Part shown: one piece after another, positions 10,301 to 19,586 of the stretch
Layout: each line of letters begins with the position of its first letter
Position numbering within the stretch: position 1 is the stretch's first letter
Origin: Nemertoderma westbladi
Lineage: Eukaryota; Animalia; Xenacoelomorpha
Assembly (NCBI GenBank): GCA_032718475.1
Contig: JAUCBJ010007680.1
Coordinates: forward strand, 62,001 to 126,000
Length of the DNA: 64,000 bases
Direction: 5' to 3'
The notes under the pieces: generated by a model
What the model was told of the DNA's origin: nothing
What the model saw: the letters and a program-made list of their open reading frames with translations, nothing else
The model's database searches: none
Translations under genes and position numbers: made by a program

Positions 10301-12546
10301 AGGAGGGCGCAGACATCCACACGAAGAGGGGCTATGTATCGTATATAGCAAGGATATACGATCCCCTAGGCCTAGCATCCCCATTATTAGTCACGGGAAA
10401 ACAGATACTCAAGAGAGTATACAAATTGAAAGATGAGTGGGACGTAGAGGTACCAGAGGAAATCAAGAAACAGTGGAGTAAGTGGACAGGAGACTTGGAG
10501 AAGATGGGAACATACAACATGCCACGAGTGTATTTCCCGGATGGGAACATGACGAATCTGGACCTACACATGTTCTCCGATGCGTTGTTGGAGGCGTACG
10601 GAGCGGCACTCTATTTAGTACAACGAGAGGGGGCTCAAAAGCCCAGACTAGCCTTTAGCAAAGCAAAGTCGACGCCGCCAGATTCAGCATCAGTTCCCAA
10701 GTTAGAATTGACAGCTGCGAGACTAGGAGTTAGAGCCACAGCCTACCTAGTGGATACTATTCCCAACATAGTGGAGACACACTATTGGACGGACTCCATG
10801 GTAGTGCTTGGTTGGCTACATAACGAAAGGACGAGATACCCGATATTTGTCGCAAATAGAGTGGACGAAATAAGGGCGACCACAGAACTGGAAAGGTGGC
10901 ACTACTGCCCAACAGACGAGAACCCAGCGGACTTGCTGTCGAGGGGCGTGGAACGCCACACTCTCTTGAAGAAGGAAGTATTGTGGCAACATGGGCCACA
11001 ATTTCTGAGCGATAAGGAGGCCTGGCCGCCGATGAGAAAGGTGGAACCGGGCTCTGAAGTAGTGTCAGAGGGAGATTCAGAGGGAGAAGAGATATACTCC
11101 CAGATGGTGAGGGAGATTAGGGACGTGCAACCAAGACGAGAACTGTGCGATAACCCGACGGATAAACTCCTCAGCTACAGTTCTAGTTGGTATAAGACCA
11201 AGAAATTAGTGGCATACTGGAGAGCCTTCGGGAATTTCCTGGCGGGAGTTGGCAAGGACAAGAAGATCAGGACATCCATAGATCTGGAAGGAGCGGCCAA
11301 GGCAGTCATCCGCTATGAACAACGGAAGAACTATGGTGACGAGGTGGAACGCGTCGGCAACCAACAGCATCTCCGACGGGACAGCGAGCTGATTACGCTG
11401 TCGCCACAACTTAATGACGACGGGATTCTAGTAATGAATTCTAGGGTGGGATATAACAACAGCATAATCGTACCACCGAAACCCATCATCATTCCAACAG
11501 GATCGCCAATAGTTCACCAGATTATCTGGGACTCCCACAAGTCGATATTGCACGGGGGCACCAACCGAACCCTCACTGAGATAAGGAGGACCTTTTGGGT
11601 CAAACAGTTGAGGAAGAAGGTAAAAGCGGTGGTGGGGCAGTGCCAGACCTGCCGGCGAGTGAAAAAGGAGCGAGCCATACAAGAGATGGCGCCACTACCA
11701 GCGAGTAGAGTAAGACAGCACGACCCGCCATTTACACATTGCGGTGTGGACATGTTCGGGCCGATAAAGATAAAGGTGATGCGACACACGGAGAAACGCT
11801 ACGGTATCATCTTCGTATGTAACAACACGCGGGCGGTAGGGATAGAACTCGCCCAAGATGCAACCGCATCAGCATTCATTAACGCCTTAGAAAGGTTTAG
11901 AGACCGCAAAGGTGGGACGATCGCAGTGATATACAGCGACAACGGCACCAACTTTGTGGGCGCAGAGAATGAGATGGCAGAAGCCCTGGACATCTTGGAA
12001 GGGGAGGAAGTCAGGGCGGCCATGAGACGACGACAAGTAAAGTGGGAGAGAAGGACGCCGTACGCACCACATACACTAGGATGCGTCGAGAGACTGGTGG
12101 GCAGTTCAAAGCGTCTAATGACGAAGCTAATGAACACCCACATGGTCACTGAGGATGTCTTACGGACAGTGCTTGCGAAGTGCGAGGGGATCATTAATAG
12201 CAGACCGCTATATCCGGAGAATGATGACCCTGAGTCACTAGACGTGCTGACGCCTAGCCATTTTCTGATGGAAAGGCCAGCGACCATCGATATGCGGGGT
12301 GTAGACCCAGATGACATACACTCCCGCCAGAGTTGGAAAGTCGCTAAAGCAATAAGTGCAGAGTATTGGAGGAGGTGGGTAGAAGAATACCTGCCCACGC
12401 TCCATAAAAGAAGCAAGTGGAGGAAGCCGAATAGGGAGTTAAGAGTAGGAGATCTCGTAATCGTTACGGATGATACTATCATCAACAACCAGTGGCGGTT
12501 GGCGAGAGTTGTAGGCACTTACTCCGATGAGGACGGAAGAGTCTGA
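7261..12546 (+). CDS. BEL/Pao Gag-Pol polyprotein (Gag, CCHC, aspartic protease, RT, RNase H, integrase), probably inactivated
   Basis: KFDGS..EY..F Gag motif; CSRCVMSGHRAREC; protease LVDSGA; TPFGWTLSGP; YYLPLH, RMVVDAS, LNDYLLEGP, FYVDD; RNase H FSDA..EAYGA, WTDSMVVLGW, NPADLLSRG; integrase HHCC and DMFGP / SDNGTNF / VERLV; LTPSHFL. First RT Asp reads Tyr (9778). TGA at 12544 truncates a tail that would otherwise run to 12645. Confidence 0.95.
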   Translation: MYGPQHININPSTKHTGGGGGQGDIPPSQYQQYTPIGARTTRPLDENRSCDTEIWRGPLPPMTYPSQRRSRNRTDESHQTGETIQHPSNPLEAQAMGMATLIDALKTRIELPPVEPFKFDGSRPEEYLQFRRMYSNEILTKNLTQAECLKYLQVYTGGPAYDIVRQYQGIEGGFTTAWRALDREYGHPAKIIRQTLRGITSGGLQDNPVSIKAFANKVEKALIVLKTLDAPYELNASNNITTIAQALPNWLRNKWRKIAFSTRDKKGAEPGLEEMSSFLNYEAELITDPVYSEDSLGKGPKTDYHRPKPEHNTSNALPRLRQSLPYAATQGTASPQLAEDKTTPWNGQGNNNNTNKHNPSTSSRPNPNNKNSRDFGTNAAAIRNALYKEGYDPKSKCQLHANALHQTMNCWYWQALPRQDQIDYASSNKICSRCVMSGHRARECKEKPIKFGQRRGQTMATSTVGAKKRGTVLLGVVPARVIGEGNRSVTTLMLVDSGAAFTLVEEWVAEEIGLRTRPSRMAVTTISSKDEILEMRTGRCAIAAVAPGCDYGATINPIQVIESININARRPTNIEVEQYKFLDDIDFSIPDVDVRKVSIIVGMDCPTAHERMQTVFGEDKQCDPVAILTPFGWTLSGPIKSKIPFRMSETSGCMFAGTMQEMGDEGAEEQLKRLLRQDFEGLKETGVGTSVKDKQALQSVEESMTCDEGRYTIGMVWKLPKIPLPDNRGMVLTRLRKLKQTLKRSPEKNEYIHRTIKKYVEKGWAVELPVDEPNTDRTYYLPLHVALDPKKGKLRMVVDASAKTNGKCLNDYLLEGPNIYNSGIEVLLRFRNGKHAFTCYIEGMFNQVRVTEEDSDSQRFLWYNGEEEPLIIPAYKMVVQNMGAKSSSFTTTMAVRDTVKGKEDRYSTRAVDMIRRGFYVDDGMESGNTVKEILDTGREVRDILKGSGFNLTKFQSSSEEFIKAIEDKRPESTMDNPTTAKGQDMANKRTESQQKALGIVWNRETDELKYQLSQEGADIHTKRGYVSYIARIYDPLGLASPLLVTGKQILKRVYKLKDEWDVEVPEEIKKQWSKWTGDLEKMGTYNMPRVYFPDGNMTNLDLHMFSDALLEAYGAALYLVQREGAQKPRLAFSKAKSTPPDSASVPKLELTAARLGVRATAYLVDTIPNIVETHYWTDSMVVLGWLHNERTRYPIFVANRVDEIRATTELERWHYCPTDENPADLLSRGVERHTLLKKEVLWQHGPQFLSDKEAWPPMRKVEPGSEVVSEGDSEGEEIYSQMVREIRDVQPRRELCDNPTDKLLSYSSSWYKTKKLVAYWRAFGNFLAGVGKDKKIRTSIDLEGAAKAVIRYEQRKNYGDEVERVGNQQHLRRDSELITLSPQLNDDGILVMNSRVGYNNSIIVPPKPIIIPTGSPIVHQIIWDSHKSILHGGTNRTLTEIRRTFWVKQLRKKVKAVVGQCQTCRRVKKERAIQEMAPLPASRVRQHDPPFTHCGVDMFGPIKIKVMRHTEKRYGIIFVCNNTRAVGIELAQDATASAFINALERFRDRKGGTIAVIYSDNGTNFVGAENEMAEALDILEGEEVRAAMRRRQVKWERRTPYAPHTLGCVERLVGSSKRLMTKLMNTHMVTEDVLRTVLAKCEGIINSRPLYPENDDPESLDVLTPSHFLMERPATIDMRGVDPDDIHSRQSWKVAKAISAEYWRRWVEEYLPTLHKRSKWRKPNRELRVGDLVIVTDDTIINNQWRLARVVGTYSDEDGRV

Positions 12547-12799
12547 TCGGTAGAAGTGCGGATAGGTGGTAAGATAGGTGCGAAGGACAGAAAAACCTAC
12601 AGGAGAGCTGTAGGGAAATGCTGTCTGTTAGAAGGGGCACCTTAGTGGAGTTAGAGAAGAGTTTAGTCGTCCAAGCTTTGGACTGAGGGGGGTGGGATTG
12701 AGGGCGAGACGCCCTTCCCACACAAAATAAAAAAAAATAGAAAATAAAAATAAAATAATATTACATAGTAGGTACGCAGTTAGTAGGCAGAAGTTAGTT

Positions 12800-13215
12800 A
12801 AGAGGGTACGTAGTACCGCTAGTTAGTTAGAGAGTTAGAGGGTACGTAGTACCGCTAGTTAGTTAGAGAGTTAGAGGGTACGTAGTACCGTTAGTTAGAG
12901 AGTTAGAGGGTACGTAGTACTGCTAGTTAGTTAGAGAGTTAGAGGGTACGTAGTACCGCTAGTTAGATAGAGAGTTAGAGGGTACGTAGTACCACTAGTT
13001 AGTTAGAGAGTTAGAGGGTACGTAGTACCGCTAGTTAGTTAGAGAGAGAGTAAGAGCTAGAGGGTACGTAGTACCGTTAGTTAGAGAAGAGTTAGAGGGT
13101 ACGTAGTACCGTTAGTTAGAGAAGAGTTAGAGGGTACGTAGTACCGCTAGTTAGAGAGTAGGGGGTACGTAGTACCGCTAGTTAGAGAGTAGGGGGTACG
13201 TAGTACCGTTAGGTA
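12800..13215 (+). repeat. Tandem array inside the BEL element, 12 units of 31-46 bp, each with hairpin GGTAC-GTA-GTACC
   Basis: Typical unit AGAGTTAGAGGGTACGTAGTACCGCTAGTTAGTTAG, counted manually. Confidence 0.92.
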
Positions 13216-13700
13216 GAGAGTTAGTAAGAGGTAGAAGGGTATATAAGATATAGATATTAGTTAGCAGTTAGTAGCGAGAGGGGGGCATATGAGTACAGCT
13301 GGGTAAATCGTGTGGCCACACGACGCATACTGCTGTACTGCATAGGCCCACAGAGTAGGCCAGAATGTGGATTAGAGAATAGAATAATCCATAAGTAATA
13401 GTAAGTAGTAGGACAGTAGAATTAAAATTAAGCTAAAAATAAATAGAATAGGGCTGAAAGTTACAAATTATGGCAACACTAGGAAAGTTATTCTGGAACA
13501 TAATAAAAGTAACGGACAGAAATCGAAATTAGGGTGTATTTACTAGCTTCAGAATTAATTAGTAATAATTTAGGCTAAAAGGCGCAGTTAAGTAAGAAAT
13601 AGGCCATTATCGGACCGTACAGAACATCCTAGATACATCACTCATCTGTATTGCGCCTTGGTAAGGCACCACCTTGCAGGTGAGCGAGTGAGTGTTCAGA

Positions 13701-15692
13701 ATGGCGAGCAAGTTGATCAGAAAGAGAAAGGCGGAGTCAGGAGGAAAGGAGATACTGGTGGATTTCACCGAGAGGCATCCGGAAGAGAAGACGAGAGGAT
13801 ATTACGAGAGGTTGGAAAGGGGTCACGCGGCACGAGCGCTGCAGGATCACTTCCGGGAGATGCACGAACAGCGGCTGGTCGGGACCTACGGGACGTTCAG
13901 GGAAGAATACGGAGCAGAACTGGCGAACTCGCTAAAGTGGGGAGCGAGACCGGGAAAGCAAGAGGTATATCAATTCCGCAGAGGAGCGATAAAGGTATAT
14001 CAGAAGCGATATATCCTGCAGGAAGATTGGATGATGATAAGTTTGCTTAACTTATTTATGACCGTGGTTATCGAAAGGGAACCAGGGGCATTTCTGTTAT
14101 CGGGATCACCCCTAAGCTACAGGAGAGCCTTTAAAATGGCCTTCGACGGTCTGGTAGACCACCCGGGGCTGAAGGGCGAGTCGGTGTACTACAACAGCCG
14201 GCATCTGGTAGACGGGGAGACAGATACGCCGTATCAGAGATGGGAGCAGCTAGAAACGGATAGACGAGAAGCAAAGCGACTGGAAGAAGTCGCCAGACGG
14301 GAGAGGATAGAAGCAGAGGAGAGGGAAGAGGAGGCCAGGACACAGAGTTACGGCTTCGAGGAACAGGCAGGCTTAGACGAGCTTCATTGGACTTCGTCAG
14401 GGAGTTCGGGGGAGTCTCTAGGGCGAGAACTGGGATGGATGGTGGGATCACCGAAACAGTCGACGTCGGGGTTGCAAGCGATGCCCATACCAACGGGCGC
14501 CGAAGGCGACCAACCGCCAAGGAAGTTAAGGGAGTTAGAGGGATGGAGAGCTACGGGCGAGAGCCAAGGCAGGAAGGGACATAGTGGATCCATCGGGATA
14601 CCGGGGTTGGAGCCACTGCCAGAGGAGGAGGAGGATGACGACGAGTTCGGAGAGATGCCGCCCATCGAGAGGATAGGCCACTCGGACACGGACTGGGTTG
14701 GCGGAAGGGTGGTGACGGCCAGTGGGGCGAGGGCCTTCTGGAACAGATCCGGCAAGTGGACCTGGGTGCACGAGGAGCCGGCGATGGATTTCGCGGGGAG
14801 CACTATCAGGTTGGGCGAGCAACCGGGGACGGCACCACGGATAGTATTCGGGGAGACGATGCCCGAGAGGGGCGGAGAGATCGACGTAGATAGAGACACC
14901 AACGTGGAGAAGTTCGCCTACCAGCGACTCCACAGACCGCGGAGATCGCTTGGGACGAAAGACGACGTGGGACGGGAGACATTGGTACTCGGCTGCGACT
15001 ACTGTGGGAGACAGACCCACCAGGAAAGGAGCTGCTTGTACCGGTTCCAGAAGGGAACCTTTTGTCTCTACTGCCGAGAGCCGAGCCACAGGATGGGGGC
15101 GTGTCCATGGTTGCGTAACCGATGTCCAAAGTGCCACTTTCGGGGACACTACGGACGCCAGTGCGACTGGATGGACGACGAGGAGAAGTTCACAAGATTC
15201 GAGGAGTGGGCCGACGTCGGGGCCATGACGCGCCAGCGCATGAAGGCCCAGGAGTTCAAGTGGGGTTTCTTCCTTATCAACCAGGAGGCTCACATGGAAA
15301 TCATAAAGCGGAGGCTACCGTTTACCTATCAAGAGGTAGCAACGGCGGCGTCGTATGCCGGAGTGATGAACACACAAAGATATTTGGACAGGTGGACGCC
15401 ACAGAACCGAGGGGAGTTTAGGGATTTCTTGGCGGAGCACGTACCGCAAGCAATGAAGATGATCCTATGGGACGCCACCAGAGGGAGACAACAGGGCCAC
15501 TCTGAGGGGCCACCGGCGAAGCGATATCGGGCACTAATAACACCAGCGCCCAAGGAGCCAACAACCGGAATCAGCAGGGAGGTGGCGGCGAAGGTCCGAA
15601 AGCAGAAAGCGGATCCCAGAGGAGCGGTGGTAACCAAGAAACGACCCAGGGAAGAGGACGCCAGGGGGAACTATCCCCAGAGGAACAGATAG
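13701..15692 (+). CDS. Additional BEL ORF (about 663 aa) with three CCHC zinc knuckles; function unknown, not Env-like
   Basis: Intact ORF from first ATG at 13701. CDYCGRQTHQERSC, CLYCREPSHRMGAC, CPKCHFRGHYGRQC. No evident signal peptide or TM helix. Lies between pol and the 3' LTR. Confidence 0.85.
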   Translation: MASKLIRKRKAESGGKEILVDFTERHPEEKTRGYYERLERGHAARALQDHFREMHEQRLVGTYGTFREEYGAELANSLKWGARPGKQEVYQFRRGAIKVYQKRYILQEDWMMISLLNLFMTVVIEREPGAFLLSGSPLSYRRAFKMAFDGLVDHPGLKGESVYYNSRHLVDGETDTPYQRWEQLETDRREAKRLEEVARRERIEAEEREEEARTQSYGFEEQAGLDELHWTSSGSSGESLGRELGWMVGSPKQSTSGLQAMPIPTGAEGDQPPRKLRELEGWRATGESQGRKGHSGSIGIPGLEPLPEEEEDDDEFGEMPPIERIGHSDTDWVGGRVVTASGARAFWNRSGKWTWVHEEPAMDFAGSTIRLGEQPGTAPRIVFGETMPERGGEIDVDRDTNVEKFAYQRLHRPRRSLGTKDDVGRETLVLGCDYCGRQTHQERSCLYRFQKGTFCLYCREPSHRMGACPWLRNRCPKCHFRGHYGRQCDWMDDEEKFTRFEEWADVGAMTRQRMKAQEFKWGFFLINQEAHMEIIKRRLPFTYQEVATAASYAGVMNTQRYLDRWTPQNRGEFRDFLAEHVPQAMKMILWDATRGRQQGHSEGPPAKRYRALITPAPKEPTTGISREVAAKVRKQKADPRGAVVTKKRPREEDARGNYPQRNR

Positions 15693-16395
15693 GTTCCCAG
15701 AGCCGAGGGAGAGAAACTGAGGCTTGGACGTGGTACGCCTGGAAGGCGCCGCGTGGGACGTACGAACTATTAAGTACAAATTTAATTAATGCAAATAATC
15801 ATATAAGTGCAATTTGTATGTACGTACGTAGTAATTAGTAATCTACAAATACATACGTTCGGAGTAAGTACTATAGTCATACAACCTTTCTCAATTAGCT
15901 ACTGGGACTGGGGGGTAAACTGACTATGGCACTATGGACGAGACACCAGACAATTTCACACTTCTTGAGTGCGACGGCACAAAAGGGGGGGGGGAGATTC
16001 GTCAGGAGAGATGAGGTAGTCAAAGTGGGGTTGAGGGACGCAGTAATAGTGCGAAGTGCGGAGAGAGTGCAGACGCAATTCTAGTGTGAGGGGGGGGGGA
16101 ATAAGAGGCCGAGTGAGGGACGAGGAGGTCCGAGGGTATGAGAGAATTGGGGTGAGAGTGGAGAAGAGATAGGGCGAAAGTGTTGGGGAAACAAAAGTCG
16201 CGTGCGAGGTGAGCGCGATCGGCCCGACATGAGACGCCAGGCATACAGGGTAGCGTTATCATACCCACAGGGAGCGGCCTGGAAAGCCGGCTCCGAGAGA
16301 AAAGAATTCCACCCCACACCCGATACTAGATCGGGATCCAGCGGGATTGTAGCGCACTTAAGGTGGATGCTATCTTCTCACCGGGAAGATAGCAT

Positions 16396-16404
16396 GGGGG
16401 GGAG
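16396..16404 (+). other. Polypurine tract
   Basis: GGGGGGGAG immediately before TGTTAGC. Confidence 0.7.
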
Positions 16405-16930
16405 TGTTAGCTTATTCAATCCCGCTAACACCCCATAAAGTTAAGCCGATAAGCAATATTGGGGGCCACGAGATTGGGTAATCAATCACTCGTGCCACCC
16501 CAATAAAATGGGAAGGAGAAACACAATGAGGGTCAGGGGCCAAACCCCAAACCCAGAGAGAACAGGTGGAGTGAACGGGAACACTCCAAAGGGCGCCAAC
16601 AAGGGTATCAACCAATCAGAGGGGGGAAAGGCATCGATTAGGTAGAGTAACAAGGCCAACCCGTGCAGTATAGCCAGTTGGCAGTAATCATTTCATTCAG
16701 TTATCTCAGTATCATATTGGTGCTAGTTAGGTTAGATAGTTTAGCTAGGGAAGGACCGGGACTTTAGTTACCGTATCCCGCCTTCCGTGTACGACAATCC
16801 ATATCTATATCTATATCTTTATACCAGTTATTATACACAACGAACGACACGAACTCATTTACTTTCACACACGGCGGGGACGCGTAAACTAACACCGGAT
16901 AAACCGGGATCCTTCCTGGATCCCGTCACA
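16405..16930 (+). repeat. 3' LTR (526 bp, TGT...ACA)
   Basis: Starts TGT after the PPT and ends ACA; distal 327 bp match the 5' LTR remnant. Confidence 0.85.
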
Positions 16931-16957
16931 AAAACACCCCAGTGGTAATAGGGTTAA
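16931..16957. mobile_element. Terminus of a TTAA-targeting (piggyBac-like) non-autonomous element that hosts the BEL insertion
   Basis: AAACACCCCAGTGGTAATAGGG|TTAA is an inverted match to TTAA|CCCTTATAGCACTGGGGTGTTT at 18172-18197. Confidence 0.5.
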
Positions 16958-18171
16958 CATCGTTCCAATCATAGTTTTTAAAGGCGGCCTATTTCTGTAT
17001 TTAATACTGTAATATTACCGGTAACCTATTATTACCGTAGCTGATTAGGACTATATTAAAACATTATCATTATTTGCTTCTCAAACCGGGACGACCTGAA
17101 CTGTGAACGGTGAAAACAATCAGACAATGTAACGGTTTACTGGTTTACTAGGCTGTGTATTTCTTGTTTATTAAAGGTTTATCATATTAAAAGAAAAAAA
17201 AATCATAAAAAAAAAATCAAAAAAAACGGTTTACTTGTGAGTATTTTTTAACACAATATTTAACGAATATAATACACATCCAAATAATTACTTAGCTACG
17301 TTAATTATTTTTATTGTTACAGATAACTGAAATATTATATTTTATATTGACCAATCAACTGCGCTTGACAACTGTTGCTGTGTTATGGCTGACGTCAATT
17401 GCGCAAGTTCTTAAAGCGTCCCGATTTTTCGATGTTGCTATTTTTGCGTTTTAAAATCGCTATAACTCGGCCAATATTAATTTTTTGAAGTAAAATGGCT
17501 CTCTGGGGTTTTTTCACATGATTTTTCACATTAAACAACAAAAACTCAAATAAAATTTTTTGAGTCGCCTACCCCATTGCTATTAATTAATTTACATACA
17601 ATGAAATGTAAAAGTTAGATGCTAATGCTACACTATTGAAATTATTAGTAATTGTTATCACTAAATCCAAATATTGATTTCAATTTGAGTCAATTGATTA
17701 AATTTAACGGTCAATTACAAAGATAAGTTGATACTCTACATTCAAGTTTCTTTCGGAGGACTGTGTCACTGGCAATCAATAATTATGCACAATAAATTAT
17801 ATTGCCGTTGCATTTTAAGCGCTGGCTGGATGGAAATTACTTGGGGCTGTTGTTAGGTGACTGCAGCTCAGCATCCTACTTGTCTTGTTTTACAAGTAAC
17901 ACGAATACCGGCAATAAATCTGTTTTTTAATTTATATCTCACATATCTGCAAACCATATGCCCGTTTCGTCCAGTATGTTCAGTCAGTTCAGTTCGTATC
18001 AGTATCAGACTTCCCAACAGTAGGCCTACCAAAGAATTAAAATATTTAGTAGTCCATGAGTTTAAGCCAATCACAGAGTAGGAATTTCTTCCAAATATCC
18101 CGGTAACTTAAGTATTGTGAAAATGTCCCGCTCCCAACTAATGAAGAAATGTCTCCATTAATTAACGTACG

Positions 18172-18220
18172 TTAACCCTTATAGCACTGGGGTGTTTATG
18201 TAAACCATTAGCAGCACTGG
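18172..18220. mobile_element. Start of a second TTAA/CCCT piggyBac-like non-autonomous element, resuming after 21902
   Basis: TTAA|CCCT terminus; interrupted by the MULE-type MITE. Confidence 0.45.
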
Positions 18221-18337
18221 GGATAGTTATAAAACCCGAAAATAATGAAAAATACGAAATTATCAACGGAAATATCGAAATTATCAAACAATCTGTAAAA
18301 TCTCGCTTTCCAGTACGATAGGTATTATTAGAAGGCA

Positions 18338-19217
18338 GAGCATCACCTCGACCTTTCTCCTCGTGAGTTCCGGGATGCGGTGGCCATCCGCTATGGTCGG
18401 CCCCTCGCCTCGGTTCCGAGCCGGTGCGATGGGTGCGGGGCCCCCTTCGATCTTAACCACGGGTTATATTGCAAGAAAGGAGGTCTCGTCATCCAGCGCC
18501 ACAATGAGCTACGGGACGTTGTGGGCGACCTGGCGGCGGCGGCGTTCGGGCCTCGCAATGTTACTTGCGAGCCGGTCGTTCGGGAGCAGCAGGGGGTCGA
18601 CGGAGCTTCTGGTCTTCGGTGTGACGTGGGCATTCGGGGGGCGTTTAACCCACAGACCCAGGCGTTGATCGACATCAGGTTGGATAACCTTGACGCCGGG
18701 TCTTACGCGGGGCGCTCCCCGATGTCAGTCCTCGAGTCAGCCGAAGACGAGAAGAAGCGGCTCTACTCCGACGCAGTCTGGGCACGGCGTGGCGACTTCT
18801 CGCCATACGTCGCCTCCTGCGACGGAGTGTTGGCCCCCCAAGCGGACAAGCTCCTCAGGACCATTGCCCAGAAGCTCCACCGGACGTGGGCGAGACCCTA
18901 CAGCATGGTGATGGGGTGGGTCCGTACCCGGGTCCAGCTGGCTATCGTTCGCGGGGCTTCCCATTGCCTTAGAGGGTCGCGGACGAAATGGCGTAGCGGG
19001 CTCGGGCTGGACGACGGCGCTGGGATGCCAGGTGGCTTTGTGTGACAGGTGGTGTTGGTGCTAATATTTTGCTAATCCATTAACAAACGTTTTGCTAAAA
19101 CATTTTGCTGTGTGGTATTGTATGTAATAAATCTATGGTGCATTTATTAGTTTACTGATTTAAATATTCCACTTTAATTGTATTATTGAAAGTTATTAAT
19201 AATAATAATAAATTTCC
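18338..19217 (+). mobile_element. 5'-truncated CRE-like non-LTR retrotransposon (restriction-like endonuclease end)
   Basis: 14-bp TSD ATTATTAGAAGGCA (18324-18337, 19218-19231); (TAA)n tail near 19197-19211; GC-rich ORF remnant. Confidence 0.85.
18380..19045 (+). pseudogene. C-terminal zinc knuckle + RLE endonuclease fragment of the CRE-like LINE
   Basis: CDGCGAPFDLNHGLYC, RHNELRD, RCDVGIRG, ALIDIRL, EDEKKRLY, YSMVMGWVR..VQLAIVRG..HCLRGSR. Confidence 0.85.
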
Positions 19218-19586
19218 ATTATTAGAAGGCACACTTTACATTTTTTAATTTATAAAATCTGATAATTTCGCCAAAAATTTCGACCTTAAAAGATAATTTA
19301 ATACCAAATACTGTCTGCTGGTTGGTTGTTGAGTGTTGACCAATAGCGGCTTGGATGAATCAATTCAGCATCAGCTGATCAGTGTTCTGGTGTATTACAA
19401 GCATGGTACAGCCGGAAGGGGTAAAGTTGAAGGAAGCGGCCCGGTCAGCCGATACCCTAACCCAACACTGCACACGCATTACGGCCTACGGTGCCTTAGT
19501 GTTACAGGTGTACACTGTACGTACAGTGACTGGCCGGCAAGTGGAGCTACTACAAGCAGCTACTGATAGACCTATATAAGACCGAA

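Larger units (their letters stand above)
3796..16930 (+). mobile_element. BEL/Pao LTR retrotransposon, 5' LTR interrupted
   Basis: Direct repeats 3796-4122 and 16604-16930 (2 mismatches seen in 327 bp), gag-PR-RT-RH-IN with BEL motifs, PPT before TGT...ACA 3' LTR. Confidence 0.95.

Noticed and set aside
13701-15692. env gene
   Set aside because: No signal peptide, TM anchor or fusion-protein features; contains CCHC knuckles instead
4143-16615. Numerous minus-strand and overlapping ORFs within the BEL element
   Set aside because: Shadow frames of GC/purine-rich coding sequence with no recognisable motifs
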